A stretch of DNA of 64,000 bases from Giardia intestinalis (taxonomy: Eukaryota). Where the stretch lies: assembly GCA_000002435.2 (NCBI GenBank), contig CM018793.1. The stretch is one strand, 5' to 3'. Within the stretch, counting starts at the first letter, position 1. Every line of letters starts with the position of its first letter. Under the pieces are notes generated by a model. That model saw only the letters and a program-made list of their open reading frames with translations. It was not told the origin of the DNA and searched no databases. Positions 55,192 to 63,971 of this stretch are shown here, piece by piece. Both the position numbers and the translations under genes were made by a program.

Positions 55192-57051
55192 ATGCTCCAA
55201 GTAATCAGTCGCACAGCTCTTTCGGATGCTTCACCAGAAGGCAAAGTACTTTCCACTACACCAATAGGCAACTGTACTGTGTCACAACTTGCGCTAAATG
55301 CGGAATCTTTGTCCTCACTAAAATACCTGCTCCTTTCCCTTGTCCAAGGTTCGTCCCCAGATAAGATAAAGCATTTCGAAGAACAGCTTCAAGCTATGAT
55401 GGAGGACGTGCACCTAGTTCCATACATAAGTATGTTCATTAGTGATGGGGCTTTACCAGTGTTTCGTAAAGCTTTCAACTTTACGTTATATCCAATGTTT
55501 CATATTGAACTCTGTCACAAGACGCTGGAGAATGCCTGGACAGGCATTGAGAATGAATACTCTCTTAGGTTGGGACCACTTGAGCCACTTCTGTCATTCC
55601 GAACTCGCAGCACCTATCTCTCAAGTGGAGTCTCTTCAACCCTGGGTAAGATACATCTGGCTGGATACATTTTCCTCAGCAAGCATGCACTTTTAGCCCC
55701 GTTATACTTTGCTTCTACGGTTTCTCTTGAACTCTTTGCAAATAAGCCAGGCACCAACGTCACCAGACCAATCATTGCTTATAGAATACCAGTATCGGAC
55801 TTCATCGCACAGACAGAGAGAACACATACTATTCCAGTCGACTCGACGGTGGAAGTTAGAATTACATACTGTGGACAGCATGCTCCGGGCCACCTTTGCA
55901 ACCTTTCACGCTCTTCCTTGACTCTCCCAACTTCTCCAGTCGCCAACGCGTTGCCAATTCTGGGCCACAGGGGCTGTGGAAGCAATAAGATTCACTTTGG
56001 ACAAAAAGCACCAATACTGGAGAATACGCCCTTGTCCATACTGACAGCTCGCCAAATGGGTTGCGTAGGAAGCGAGTTGGATATCATTCTAACTAAAGAT
56101 ATGGTCCCTGTGATTAATCATGACTTTGAGTTGAATGTTATCGCCGACACAATTCTACAGTCTAAAATCAGTCTCCCTATACCATGTATGTTGTACCATG
56201 AGATTGCTAATCTAGAAAATCCCAGAGGAATAAAGGCAGTCGGTCATGAGCGTAATCTTTTCTCTTCGAAGCATCTTTCTGGGCGCTCAACTTCTGCTCC
56301 ACTTATGCGTTATCACACTAAGTGTACAGAGATTCTAATAGATCACGAACCTAAGGAAGCTTTCCACAATGCATTGACAGAAGAAGTGTTAAAACAGAAT
56401 CCTGACTGTGGTGAAGAGCACAGGGTTTCATACCCGGTCATAACGGAGCAGAAGCGTCTGTATACGCTTGCTGAAATACTAGAACAGTGCACGGATATGA
56501 TACTGAACATTGAGCTCAAGTACCCCTCCAGGTTTTCGCCTTACAGTACACTCTATCCGTCAAGACTGGCTCTAGTGAAAGTAGTCCTGGATACTCTCAA
56601 TAACAAAGCTCAGATGAATAGTTCAAAAGCACCGAGAGTATTCATATCATCATTTGATTCTATTATCTGTATCTTAGTGAAGCTCTTAGCACCATCTATC
56701 CCTGTCTTCTTGTTATTCTTGGGAGACAATGAAACGGTAGCTCCTTATATGGATGTAGACCTAACTGTTCCTAGTCAATTATTCTCAGAAGATGCTATAT
56801 CTGTTGTCAGCTCCATAAATCTAACTGGAGTGGTTCTCTGGAAAGATATACTAAGCGTTCAAACAGGACCCATGTGTCTGTACGAGTATGCACACCACCA
56901 TGGGCTCACTATCTTAACATATGGGACTGCAGTGGGTGAAGCTATACAGGATCAACAAGACAAGGGGGTCTCTGCCTTAATATGTGACCTTTGCCATTAT
57001 CAGGGGCTCACCGTCTCTGAATCTTTAAATGTGGAGCGCAGAACTTACTAA
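55192..57051 (+). CDS. Glycerophosphodiester phosphodiesterase (GDPD) domain protein, 619 aa, with a ~270-aa N-terminal region of unknown function.
   Basis: It has an ATG start. The GDPD motif is 'LPILGHRGCGSN....ENTPLSILTARQMGCVGSELDIILTKDMVPVINHDFEL' (HR..ENT..E.D..TKD..HD). Confidence 0.85.
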   Translation: MLQVISRTALSDASPEGKVLSTTPIGNCTVSQLALNAESLSSLKYLLLSLVQGSSPDKIKHFEEQLQAMMEDVHLVPYISMFISDGALPVFRKAFNFTLYPMFHIELCHKTLENAWTGIENEYSLRLGPLEPLLSFRTRSTYLSSGVSSTLGKIHLAGYIFLSKHALLAPLYFASTVSLELFANKPGTNVTRPIIAYRIPVSDFIAQTERTHTIPVDSTVEVRITYCGQHAPGHLCNLSRSSLTLPTSPVANALPILGHRGCGSNKIHFGQKAPILENTPLSILTARQMGCVGSELDIILTKDMVPVINHDFELNVIADTILQSKISLPIPCMLYHEIANLENPRGIKAVGHERNLFSSKHLSGRSTSAPLMRYHTKCTEILIDHEPKEAFHNALTEEVLKQNPDCGEEHRVSYPVITEQKRLYTLAEILEQCTDMILNIELKYPSRFSPYSTLYPSRLALVKVVLDTLNNKAQMNSSKAPRVFISSFDSIICILVKLLAPSIPVFLLFLGDNETVAPYMDVDLTVPSQLFSEDAISVVSSINLTGVVLWKDILSVQTGPMCLYEYAHHHGLTILTYGTAVGEAIQDQQDKGVSALICDLCHYQGLTVSESLNVERRTY

Positions 57052-57312
57052 CTTATCAACATATTGATCACTAGGTAATGTAGACAGACAATAATCACCT
57101 ATGGCTTGTCGGCTTTATGATCGCTATCAAAGTATAAAACTCAGGGGTGTGACAATTGTAGAGTGACAATTGTAGAGATTGATTGATAGATATATCAAAA
57201 ACCTTTTCAAAATAAACTACTATAATCAGGGTCTTTTATATTCATGCCAATTAACCTTCAATTAGATTGAGCGAATTCATAAGTGATGAAAAGCCACCAA
57301 ACAGAGGGCCGA

Positions 57313-57936
57313 CTAATATAAGTCTAAAACGGATTCACAAGGAATGTCGCCAAGATTGATATGTGCCCAACTAACATCAACCAATCCATCCTTGAATAGA
57401 GACACGTTGTAGATAGCATTAAGAGTCGACAGTCGTTGTCCACACAGTGCCTCCAGAGCAAACTCTGCGTAGATTCTGTGCTTGAAATGAACTACAAGGG
57501 TGGTAACAAGACTATACTCAGTAACGGGGCCAATATGCTTGCAGATAGCCAACATTCCTTGCTGGTTTGCAGGCTTTTCAAAGACTATGGAGCTATTCCT
57601 CCCTAAAAATGAAGCTGGTCCCAATGCAGAGCGTTGCCGGCCAAATATATCGACGCTATGGGGCAGTTCTTCATCTTGGACTGCTGGAAGTCTGTGAAGC
57701 CGACGACAAGTTGCCCCTCTTGAGCATCTGCCTCGGGCATAGTCTAGGCACACTGGTGGTACTGTGGCTTTTGTTGTGGAGCTATCCTTAAACGGATTCA
57801 GGCAGGTTTCGCGCTCTACACCCCTAGTTGGCCTTCCACTAATGCTATCATAAAACAGGTTGTACACCCCCGCACCCGTTGCACTCTCTGCGCCTATCTT
57901 GCTTTGTTGATTTGTGGGACAACAACTCTTTGCCAT
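57313..57936 (-). CDS. CCCH zinc-finger + RRM/UHM-like RNA-binding protein (U2AF small-subunit-like) of ~207 aa.
   Basis: The ORF track start is TTG, so I re-anchored on ATG MAKSCCPTNQ (plus 'cat' 57934-57936). The zinc finger 'CLDYARGRCSRGATCRRLH' (C-x7-C-x5-C-x3-H) resembles U2AF35 ZnF1 '[20 protein letters not shown]'. An RRM-like segment '...VTTLVVHFKHRIYAEFALEAL..' follows. Confidence 0.55.
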   Translation of the reverse strand: MAKSCCPTNQQSKIGAESATGAGVYNLFYDSISGRPTRGVERETCLNPFKDSSTTKATVPPVCLDYARGRCSRGATCRRLHRLPAVQDEELPHSVDIFGRQRSALGPASFLGRNSSIVFEKPANQQGMLAICKHIGPVTEYSLVTTLVVHFKHRIYAEFALEALCGQRLSTLNAIYNVSLFKDGLVDVSWAHINLGDIPCESVLDLY

Positions 57937-58002
57937 TTCTCCCAGAGTGCTTTTCAAAAATTAAGAGGAAGAAGAGGAAGTTGTGCATTTTAGATCTTGC
58001 AT

Positions 58003-58893
58003 ATGACAACTAAGAAAGCTAAAGTAGAGCCTAAGCTGCTAACACATGAACATTTTGATCCTCTACACTTGGCGTACAGCGGGACTACCTTGAGCCAAAT
58101 TCAGAAAGACATTGCCTCTCTCCTCCAACACCGTCTATGTCCCGAGAAATCTCTTCTAGACGATGCACTTCTGTCATACTTCACCGAATTTGCCTATACA
58201 TGCAAGCTTAACTCAATTCCATATCACAAGTTCTACTATGCTCACCGGCTTTCTCGCCTCTTGCTACACATCATCAGCACTGGGGAATATAATATAGATG
58301 AGCTCAGAGCTGCACTGTTGTCAAAGTTAAACAATCTCCAGAGTCCACTTGTCGGTCTGACCTATGACTTGAGTGACATAACCAATACAGAGTATGAGAA
58401 CGCCTCTGACCCCTTAATATTTGACGATAACCACGATCCTGTCATATATAGGGACCATCTGATGGCTGTGGAGTGCTATAATACACTCACTGGCATTAAT
58501 AAGCAATCTCCAGAACCTACAGGACAGGTCAAGCCAGGAGCCAAATCAAAAGCTCCTCCAATAGAAGCAAAGCGATATGCATTTACTCTAAGCCCGCAAG
58601 AGGCAGACTTGCTTGCACAACTGTACAGCCCGCTGCTACAGTGCCATATGTTATGGAGACAGTGCTTTGTGCATCAGAAAGTGTTTATAAGAGGGACTGA
58701 GCACGTGCCTGTTCCGAATAATCCGCAGATACTGTCACTTCCTCCTTTGGCCGGTGCATATCCGTACAGAAAGCTCTCACCTCTTGATGCAAAGATAGTG
58801 AGTGTGGCTCGTCCAAAAGCGGCAGAGCTGTATCGAGACATGAAGAAGTTCATAGAATCTAAAGCGATTGCATCAACTGAAGGATCTCAGTGA
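58003..58893 (+). CDS. Hypothetical protein of ~296 aa.
   Basis: The ORF track start is TTG, so I re-anchored on ATG 58003 (MTTKKAKVEP). AGTGAAT overlaps the TGA stop. No domain is recognised. Confidence 0.5.
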   Translation: MTTKKAKVEPKLLTHEHFDPLHLAYSGTTLSQIQKDIASLLQHRLCPEKSLLDDALLSYFTEFAYTCKLNSIPYHKFYYAHRLSRLLLHIISTGEYNIDELRAALLSKLNNLQSPLVGLTYDLSDITNTEYENASDPLIFDDNHDPVIYRDHLMAVECYNTLTGINKQSPEPTGQVKPGAKSKAPPIEAKRYAFTLSPQEADLLAQLYSPLLQCHMLWRQCFVHQKVFIRGTEHVPVPNNPQILSLPPLAGAYPYRKLSPLDAKIVSVARPKAAELYRDMKKFIESKAIASTEGSQ

Positions 58894-58895
58894 AT
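58889..58895 (+). terminator. Putative polyadenylation signal AGTGAAT overlapping the TGA stop (58891-58893).
   Basis: 'ctcAGTGAATggg'. Confidence 0.45.
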
Positions 58896-58982
58896 GGGTC
58901 CCCTTGTCATTGAGTTTAGATTAGTGGACTAAGTGGACTGGCAGATTGACAGATTGGCAAACCCAGTTCTCAGTTCTCAGAG

Positions 58983-60374
58983 TCATGTGGCATATGCATC
59001 AGCTCCATAGCAATCAGCTACATTGATAAGTACGGTGCCCCTTGTTTCCACGTGACAGAGCTGGCAAAACTCTCCAACAAGACGCCTCTCCTTGTTTTGA
59101 AACGTATAGTGACAACAGGGCAGCCTCAAAATGCATTGGAATCCAGTAGGGCAATAGTTAGGGAGGTTACGCATCACTGAGATCTTGATTGATCGCTCCA
59201 CTCCGTTGCGCAGCTCACTGATGCGTGCCTTCTTTGCGGCCAGGTCGTTGTGAAGTATTTGCCGAGTAGAGTCATAAATTCGTATTAGTTCTATTATGTT
59301 TTCACGATCAATATATGTTGAAATATTAGAGCTACTACCGAGGGCCGAGGGCCTAACAGACCTTGCTGTCAGGGCACCTTTGGTGTCAGATAAATTAGAA
59401 AGGGCAAGCCTGTCCTTTGGGAGATTCCGTGCACTTTTTGACTCGACTGCATGCTGAACTACTTGGGAGTTACCCATTGTCTCAAAAGAGCTGTTAGAGA
59501 TATCAAGCTTTGGTACAACCGCTTTCTTCGCCTGAGCTGAAGAGTGATAGCTATGAGATACTGATGTAGATTTCCTGGGGGTACTTACTGGACTACTAAG
59601 GACAGTGATCATCCTGTTAATCCCTCCGGAAACACTTGTCATATTATTTAGTTGCTTATCAAACCTGGCACTATAGTTTAGGGCATGCCGCTCTTCGCTA
59701 TAAGATAGAGGCGCATACATCTTCTTCTCCCGTCTTTCTGACCGTAGCTGATGCGTCTTGAGAATAAGAGGTTCGGCCTCCTCGCCATTGACACGAGTCT
59801 TCAAGGGTAGTAACAATTTGATATACTGCTTGATGCTGCACTTCTTATCATGAATGTCTCGCGGCGTGATTGGGTGTGCTCGTTCAACGGTGTTGCCAGA
59901 TTTCTCTATGACAGGCTCATCTCCCTGTGGGGTGTTACCTCTTACAGTCGTGGTACTGAAAGATAAATTGGAAGCCAGAATAGAAGGGAGCGAAAGATCA
60001 CGCAAACGGTTGGGCGTATCCTGACGTTGGTCTTTGAAAATAGTAGGATGATCAATGCTTGGCTGATAGCCTGTCAGAGACTGGTTACTCTTTGGAGACG
60101 ATGCTTCTTTATTACATAAATCCGGAGCAATGCCTATAACTTCTTTAGCTCCACGAACAGATGATGAACACTGTTCTCGACTGAATGATTTGATCGATTG
60201 TAGGGTCGTAGTTGCCAGTTCAGAAGACTTAGCAGGCGAATTCCCCATCTTTGCAATCTCAGTAACCTCGCCTAACGTTCCTTTCTGCATGGGTAAGAGC
60301 AACAAAAGCGCCAAATAAATCCTGCCTCCTTTGCCGTAAAATTTATATCCCATGGAACTGGATTTCGGTACCAT
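58983..60374 (-). CDS. Hypothetical Ser-rich protein of 463 aa with a C-terminal Cys/His cluster (CPTGFQC..PCCH..FCQLCH).
   Basis: The ATG is plus 'cat' 60372-60374. An alternative internal start 'MGNSPAK' has an N-myristoylation-like context. Its 5' end overlaps the divergent RSPH9-like gene. Confidence 0.5.
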   Translation of the reverse strand: MVPKSSSMGYKFYGKGGRIYLALLLLLPMQKGTLGEVTEIAKMGNSPAKSSELATTTLQSIKSFSREQCSSSVRGAKEVIGIAPDLCNKEASSPKSNQSLTGYQPSIDHPTIFKDQRQDTPNRLRDLSLPSILASNLSFSTTTVRGNTPQGDEPVIEKSGNTVERAHPITPRDIHDKKCSIKQYIKLLLPLKTRVNGEEAEPLILKTHQLRSERREKKMYAPLSYSEERHALNYSARFDKQLNNMTSVSGGINRMITVLSSPVSTPRKSTSVSHSYHSSAQAKKAVVPKLDISNSSFETMGNSQVVQHAVESKSARNLPKDRLALSNLSDTKGALTARSVRPSALGSSSNISTYIDRENIIELIRIYDSTRQILHNDLAAKKARISELRNGVERSIKISVMRNLPNYCPTGFQCILRLPCCHYTFQNKERRLVGEFCQLCHVETRGTVLINVADCYGADAYAT

Positions 60375-61245
60375 TGCACCGCGCCTGCGTACTATGGGCC
60401 TTCATATAACCATCCAGGAACAGAATATGATAGATGCCGCATTTCCCTGGTTGCTTCACGAATTTTCTCTGGAGCACGTGCAATATTTTGGGAAGATACA
60501 CACCTTGCTTCCAGATCCATATTTAATTGTTAGAGGGTTCAGGGAGGCCGTGGCAATTCCGGTTTTCTTGGTTTCCATAAATGGAGTTGATTGGATAGAG
60601 CTCCCTCTTGTTGATGAAAAGGTCTTGGAAGCCCTTGATGCCATAGGCTACGGGCTCACGTGCCAAAGACCTTTTACAGGAAAGTTAATGGAGCTGCTTC
60701 CTAGACCGGAGGAAGAAGAGGAGGAAGAAGAACAAGAGGAGCAGGAAGAGCAGGAGGAACAGGGGGAGGACCAAGGTGAAGAAGGAGAAGAGACTACTCC
60801 AATCAAAAAGGAACCAAAGCCAAAGAAAGAAAAGCCTATTAAGCCTACCGAGGCACATAGACTCAGTGTCTGCATAAATGAAATCCAGGCTCACTTACAG
60901 TTGATCATACCAGCAGCATACTCTAAGAGAGGATCTCAGCCTGCCCGCAATGCAACATTTCGGGGCCTCACAGCGGCAAGCAGCAAGAGCATTGCTATTA
61001 AAAGTGAGTATCTGGCCTTCCTGGAATCGGGCTACAGGGGGACAATAGAGGATTGCCCAACAATTGCAGACTATCCGAACAGCTTCATCTACCCGAGTAC
61101 ATTCGATCCAATAACAAACTGCCTCATAGTTTCAAGCCGTTTTTGGCCTGGATGCATTTACTATGTCTTCGCGCGTACACTTATCTGGGGATCGGCATAT
61201 GAAGGGACAGGATTGATGAATTGCAACGTACACTTAGAAATGTAG
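60352..61245 (+). CDS. Radial spoke head protein 9 (RSPH9)-like flagellar protein, 297 aa, with an internal poly-Glu/Gln acidic tract.
   Basis: It has an ATG start. 'LEHVQYFGKIHTLLPDPYLIVRG' resembles RSPH9 'YDRVLFWGRILGLVADYYIAQG'. The C-terminus 'FWPGCIYYVFARTLIWGSAYEGTGLMNCNVHLEM' resembles RSPH9 'LWPGLTFYHAPRTKNYGYVYVGTGEKNMDLPFML'. Confidence 0.6.
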   Translation: MELDFGTIAPRLRTMGLHITIQEQNMIDAAFPWLLHEFSLEHVQYFGKIHTLLPDPYLIVRGFREAVAIPVFLVSINGVDWIELPLVDEKVLEALDAIGYGLTCQRPFTGKLMELLPRPEEEEEEEEQEEQEEQEEQGEDQGEEGEETTPIKKEPKPKKEKPIKPTEAHRLSVCINEIQAHLQLIIPAAYSKRGSQPARNATFRGLTAASSKSIAIKSEYLAFLESGYRGTIEDCPTIADYPNSFIYPSTFDPITNCLIVSSRFWPGCIYYVFARTLIWGSAYEGTGLMNCNVHLEM

Positions 61246-61439
61246 GTATGTAAATTGCATTACTATTTGCATTAGTATCACTCTCGTGAACAACTGAATA
61301 GCTTACTTGTGTCTATGGCTTTCGGGCAGCACAAACTCCTTCTGTTAAGAATCTGTGTTAATCAAGTGATGTGTGGGACAGCTCTTTACTTCCTAAGATT
61401 GCACTATTAAATCTGTACTATTCCAAATTCAAAAAGCCC

Positions 61440-62171
61440 ATGGCGCGTTTAATTTTCATTGGTCTAGAAGCCACTGGGAAAACAGCTGCTTTTCATAATA
61501 TTACTGGCCAGAGAAACTATATGACGACACGTGAGACAGTCGGGATTAATACCTCCACATTTAGTGTTAGAGGCACAGGCTGTAGGTCGCAGGACATCTC
61601 CATAACACTAGTGGATTTGGGCGGCAGTGAAAAGATTCGCGACCTTTGGTCTAGTCAGTTCTTCGACACGTCTGGTGCACTCTATTTCATCCGGGACCCA
61701 GATACCCTCGATCTGGCTGTGCAGCTACTACTCAATATTCTCACCACAACCAGCTTTCCACTCCACATACTCATCAATAATCAAGAGGCAAGTACTGCTT
61801 CGAGGCTGGAAGCAGTGATTAAGGAACTTCTCGACGAGCATTCACCATCACGACCGTTGCTGTGCTGCTCTATCTGTGATATATCTGTAAGATACCGCAA
61901 AAATAAGACCCTCATAAGTATCATGAAAAGCTTAGGTCTCGCTGCTCATACCTACTATGTGGCAAATCGCGAAGAGATCATATTGCAGCAGAGAGATGCC
62001 CTTATGACATCCTTTCATCTTAACCTTTCTACAGAAGAGCGGAAACAAAAACTATTGGAACTCAGACAGCAACACAATTCAATGGATCCCCAGGAACAGG
62101 ATGCAGCAGAGACCCAGGAAGCGAAGGAAATTCAGATTCTAACACCAACTATGTTTACAACGTCTGTGTAA
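61440..62171 (+). CDS. ARF-like (ARL) small GTPase, atypical, ~243 aa.
   Basis: The ORF track start is GTG, so I re-anchored on ATG 61440, preceded by 'ccaaattcaaaaagcccATG'. The P-loop 'GLEATGKT' and switch II 'VDLGGSEKIRDLWSSQF' (Arf 'WDVGGQDKIRPLWRHYF') are present. G4 is degenerate ('LINNQE' instead of NKxD), and there is a C-terminal coiled-coil extension. Confidence 0.65.
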   Translation: MARLIFIGLEATGKTAAFHNITGQRNYMTTRETVGINTSTFSVRGTGCRSQDISITLVDLGGSEKIRDLWSSQFFDTSGALYFIRDPDTLDLAVQLLLNILTTTSFPLHILINNQEASTASRLEAVIKELLDEHSPSRPLLCCSICDISVRYRKNKTLISIMKSLGLAAHTYYVANREEIILQQRDALMTSFHLNLSTEERKQKLLELRQQHNSMDPQEQDAAETQEAKEIQILTPTMFTTSV

Positions 62172-62264
62172 GACAATCTACGATCTTATCTTAAGTGAGG
62201 AGCAGATAGTAAAGAAAACTGTCAGATTGTTAAAAGAAAGGCAGACCACAGGCAAAGCATCTAC

Positions 62265-63971
62265 TCACTCCCAATTGTTTTGCAAGATGTCTTCGACGAA
62301 CATGGGGAGATATATGCTCCACCTGTCTGGAAGAGTATCCGGTACTCCGTGTCGTGGGACCCCGGGGTGCTGAGAGAAGTTGAACAGGGGGAGGAGGCCA
62401 TCTCTACCGCGTGTTGGACCGACGACCACATCAAATGCCAATTGGGCCGCAAGCTTTGCGTCTGTTGCCTTGGAATCTGTGCATCCGAAAATGGATGGTG
62501 ACCTCCCACAAAGTAACGGGTCTCTTAGGTCGTAGCGCGAAGCGATGGATTGGCCGGGATCCTTGTTGGATGCATCATCATTCAGATAGTCATTATATCG
62601 CATAAGAAGCTTGAAGTCTTCAAAGTTGTCCACCTTCGGGAGTTCTCTAGTGAAGATTTTATATCTGGACGACTCATTAAAACTCCAGTAAGGGTCGTTC
62701 TTCGCCGCATATCCAGAGATAACAAACAGCTCCTCGTCCATGGGCGTGTTGATTGAAAAGAAGTAGCCATCATTCAGGAGCATCTCTGTGACATCATAGG
62801 CTTTTATGTGCCCTGGAACAACCTCGTTAACATACAGCAGTGGCTTCCCATAATGGAGAATATAGTCCTTTTTCTCCTCTATTGTCATGTTCACTGTTGC
62901 CTCAGATAGAAGATCGAATAATCCGTAGTCGAGGCTGACCCACATGTTGTTGTACGTGTAAGAGTTCTCATTATTGAACACTTCTGACCACTGGTCTGCT
63001 GAAAATGCCATCATATTCGCTATCTGACTTCTCATCCATGTCAACACTACCGATCCATCCGTGCGTAGAAACTCATCATATAGGGTTGTGTTGAATGTGT
63101 GATAGGTCGTTTCCAACACAGCTACATTAGATTTTCTTCCTGTCGCAGATGTGACGGACTGGATATAGAAGTCGTCTATGGACGAGAAGTAACCAGGCAT
63201 CGACGAAAAGCTTACTTTCTGGTGCTGAGATTCTCCAAGGTCCCAGTGGAAGTGGTAATGCTTCATAGCCCTGTTAAACCCGGATCCGAAACTCGTCCAT
63301 GTGTCATGAGAGAAGAAGACATCCGACAGGTCAGGAGACATGCGGACAGCGGCAGAACAATGGTGGTGCTGTCCAAGTTCAATGCGCTCTCGCCGACGCT
63401 GGAGCATCTTTTCGCGGCGTGTAGGTTCGACAATAAGGACTGCCTCCAAGTCCTCCCAGTCTCCCACAGAATTATACATGAAGAACTCCTCTATAGTGTA
63501 AGGACGAATCTTCTCTTCGTTTGCGTATCTCGTGTATCCGTGAGTAAGACCCTGAAGCCAGTTGCAGGCGGTCAGATTGACTGCGTGCCAAAAGACGCTA
63601 GTGTTAACGTTGACCTGCTCCTTGATATATGCAAGGTTTTTCTGTGTGTAAGTATAAAACTCCACGGGGAATTCGCCATCGAAGCTATCCTCGAGCACGT
63701 TATTCATGAGATGGTATATGTGAGGCCCCATGGTGTACCCTTCGAGATATCCGGCCGCATATGCTTGCTCATAGTCAGGGATGTCGGGATTAGTCTTGAT
63801 CACCGCATACGTGTAGCCGAACTCAAACTTCCGGTCCTGGAGCTTAATAGAAGCTGCCCCCTCTGGATCAACGCCAGGAAGAATTCTGTTGTCTCGCGTA
63901 ATGGAATAGTATTCGACGTGGGAGACAGAAAGGGTCAAAGACAGAAGGAGAAGAACGGCAAGCGCCTGCAT
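62265..63971 (-). CDS. Phospholipase B-like protein (PLBD/LAMA family, Ntn-hydrolase), 568 aa, secreted.
   Basis: The ATG is plus 'cat' 63969-63971. It has a signal peptide 'MQALAVLLLLSLTLSVS' and the conserved 'HHHCSAAVRM' (Cys nucleophile context) and 'FSHDTWTSF' motifs. Confidence 0.85.
   Translation of the reverse strand: MQALAVLLLLSLTLSVSHVEYYSITRDNRILPGVDPEGAASIKLQDRKFEFGYTYAVIKTNPDIPDYEQAYAAGYLEGYTMGPHIYHLMNNVLEDSFDGEFPVEFYTYTQKNLAYIKEQVNVNTSVFWHAVNLTACNWLQGLTHGYTRYANEEKIRPYTIEEFFMYNSVGDWEDLEAVLIVEPTRREKMLQRRRERIELGQHHHCSAAVRMSPDLSDVFFSHDTWTSFGSGFNRAMKHYHFHWDLGESQHQKVSFSSMPGYFSSIDDFYIQSVTSATGRKSNVAVLETTYHTFNTTLYDEFLRTDGSVVLTWMRSQIANMMAFSADQWSEVFNNENSYTYNNMWVSLDYGLFDLLSEATVNMTIEEKKDYILHYGKPLLYVNEVVPGHIKAYDVTEMLLNDGYFFSINTPMDEELFVISGYAAKNDPYWSFNESSRYKIFTRELPKVDNFEDFKLLMRYNDYLNDDASNKDPGQSIASRYDLRDPLLCGRSPSIFGCTDSKATDAKLAAQLAFDVVVGPTRGRDGLLPLFNFSQHPGVPRHGVPDTLPDRWSIYLPMFVEDILQNNWE

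Noticed and set aside
57283-57289. A box-C-like 'GTGATGA' motif in the 260-nt spacer, as a possible C/D snoRNA.
   Set aside because: There is no downstream D box (CUGA) or C'/D' elements on either strand within a plausible distance, so the evidence is insufficient.
9912-61371. GTG/TTG start coordinates reported by the ORF track (e.g. 11309, 13960, 14689, 20576, 25899, 26607, 31019, 32736, 45117, 49008, 50459, 57957, 57997, 61371).
   Set aside because: The track evidently uses a bacterial start-codon set and translates GTG/TTG as M. The context is eukaryotic, so I re-anchored on the first in-frame ATG. These typically have an A/T-rich initiator immediately upstream and family-typical N-terminal motifs.
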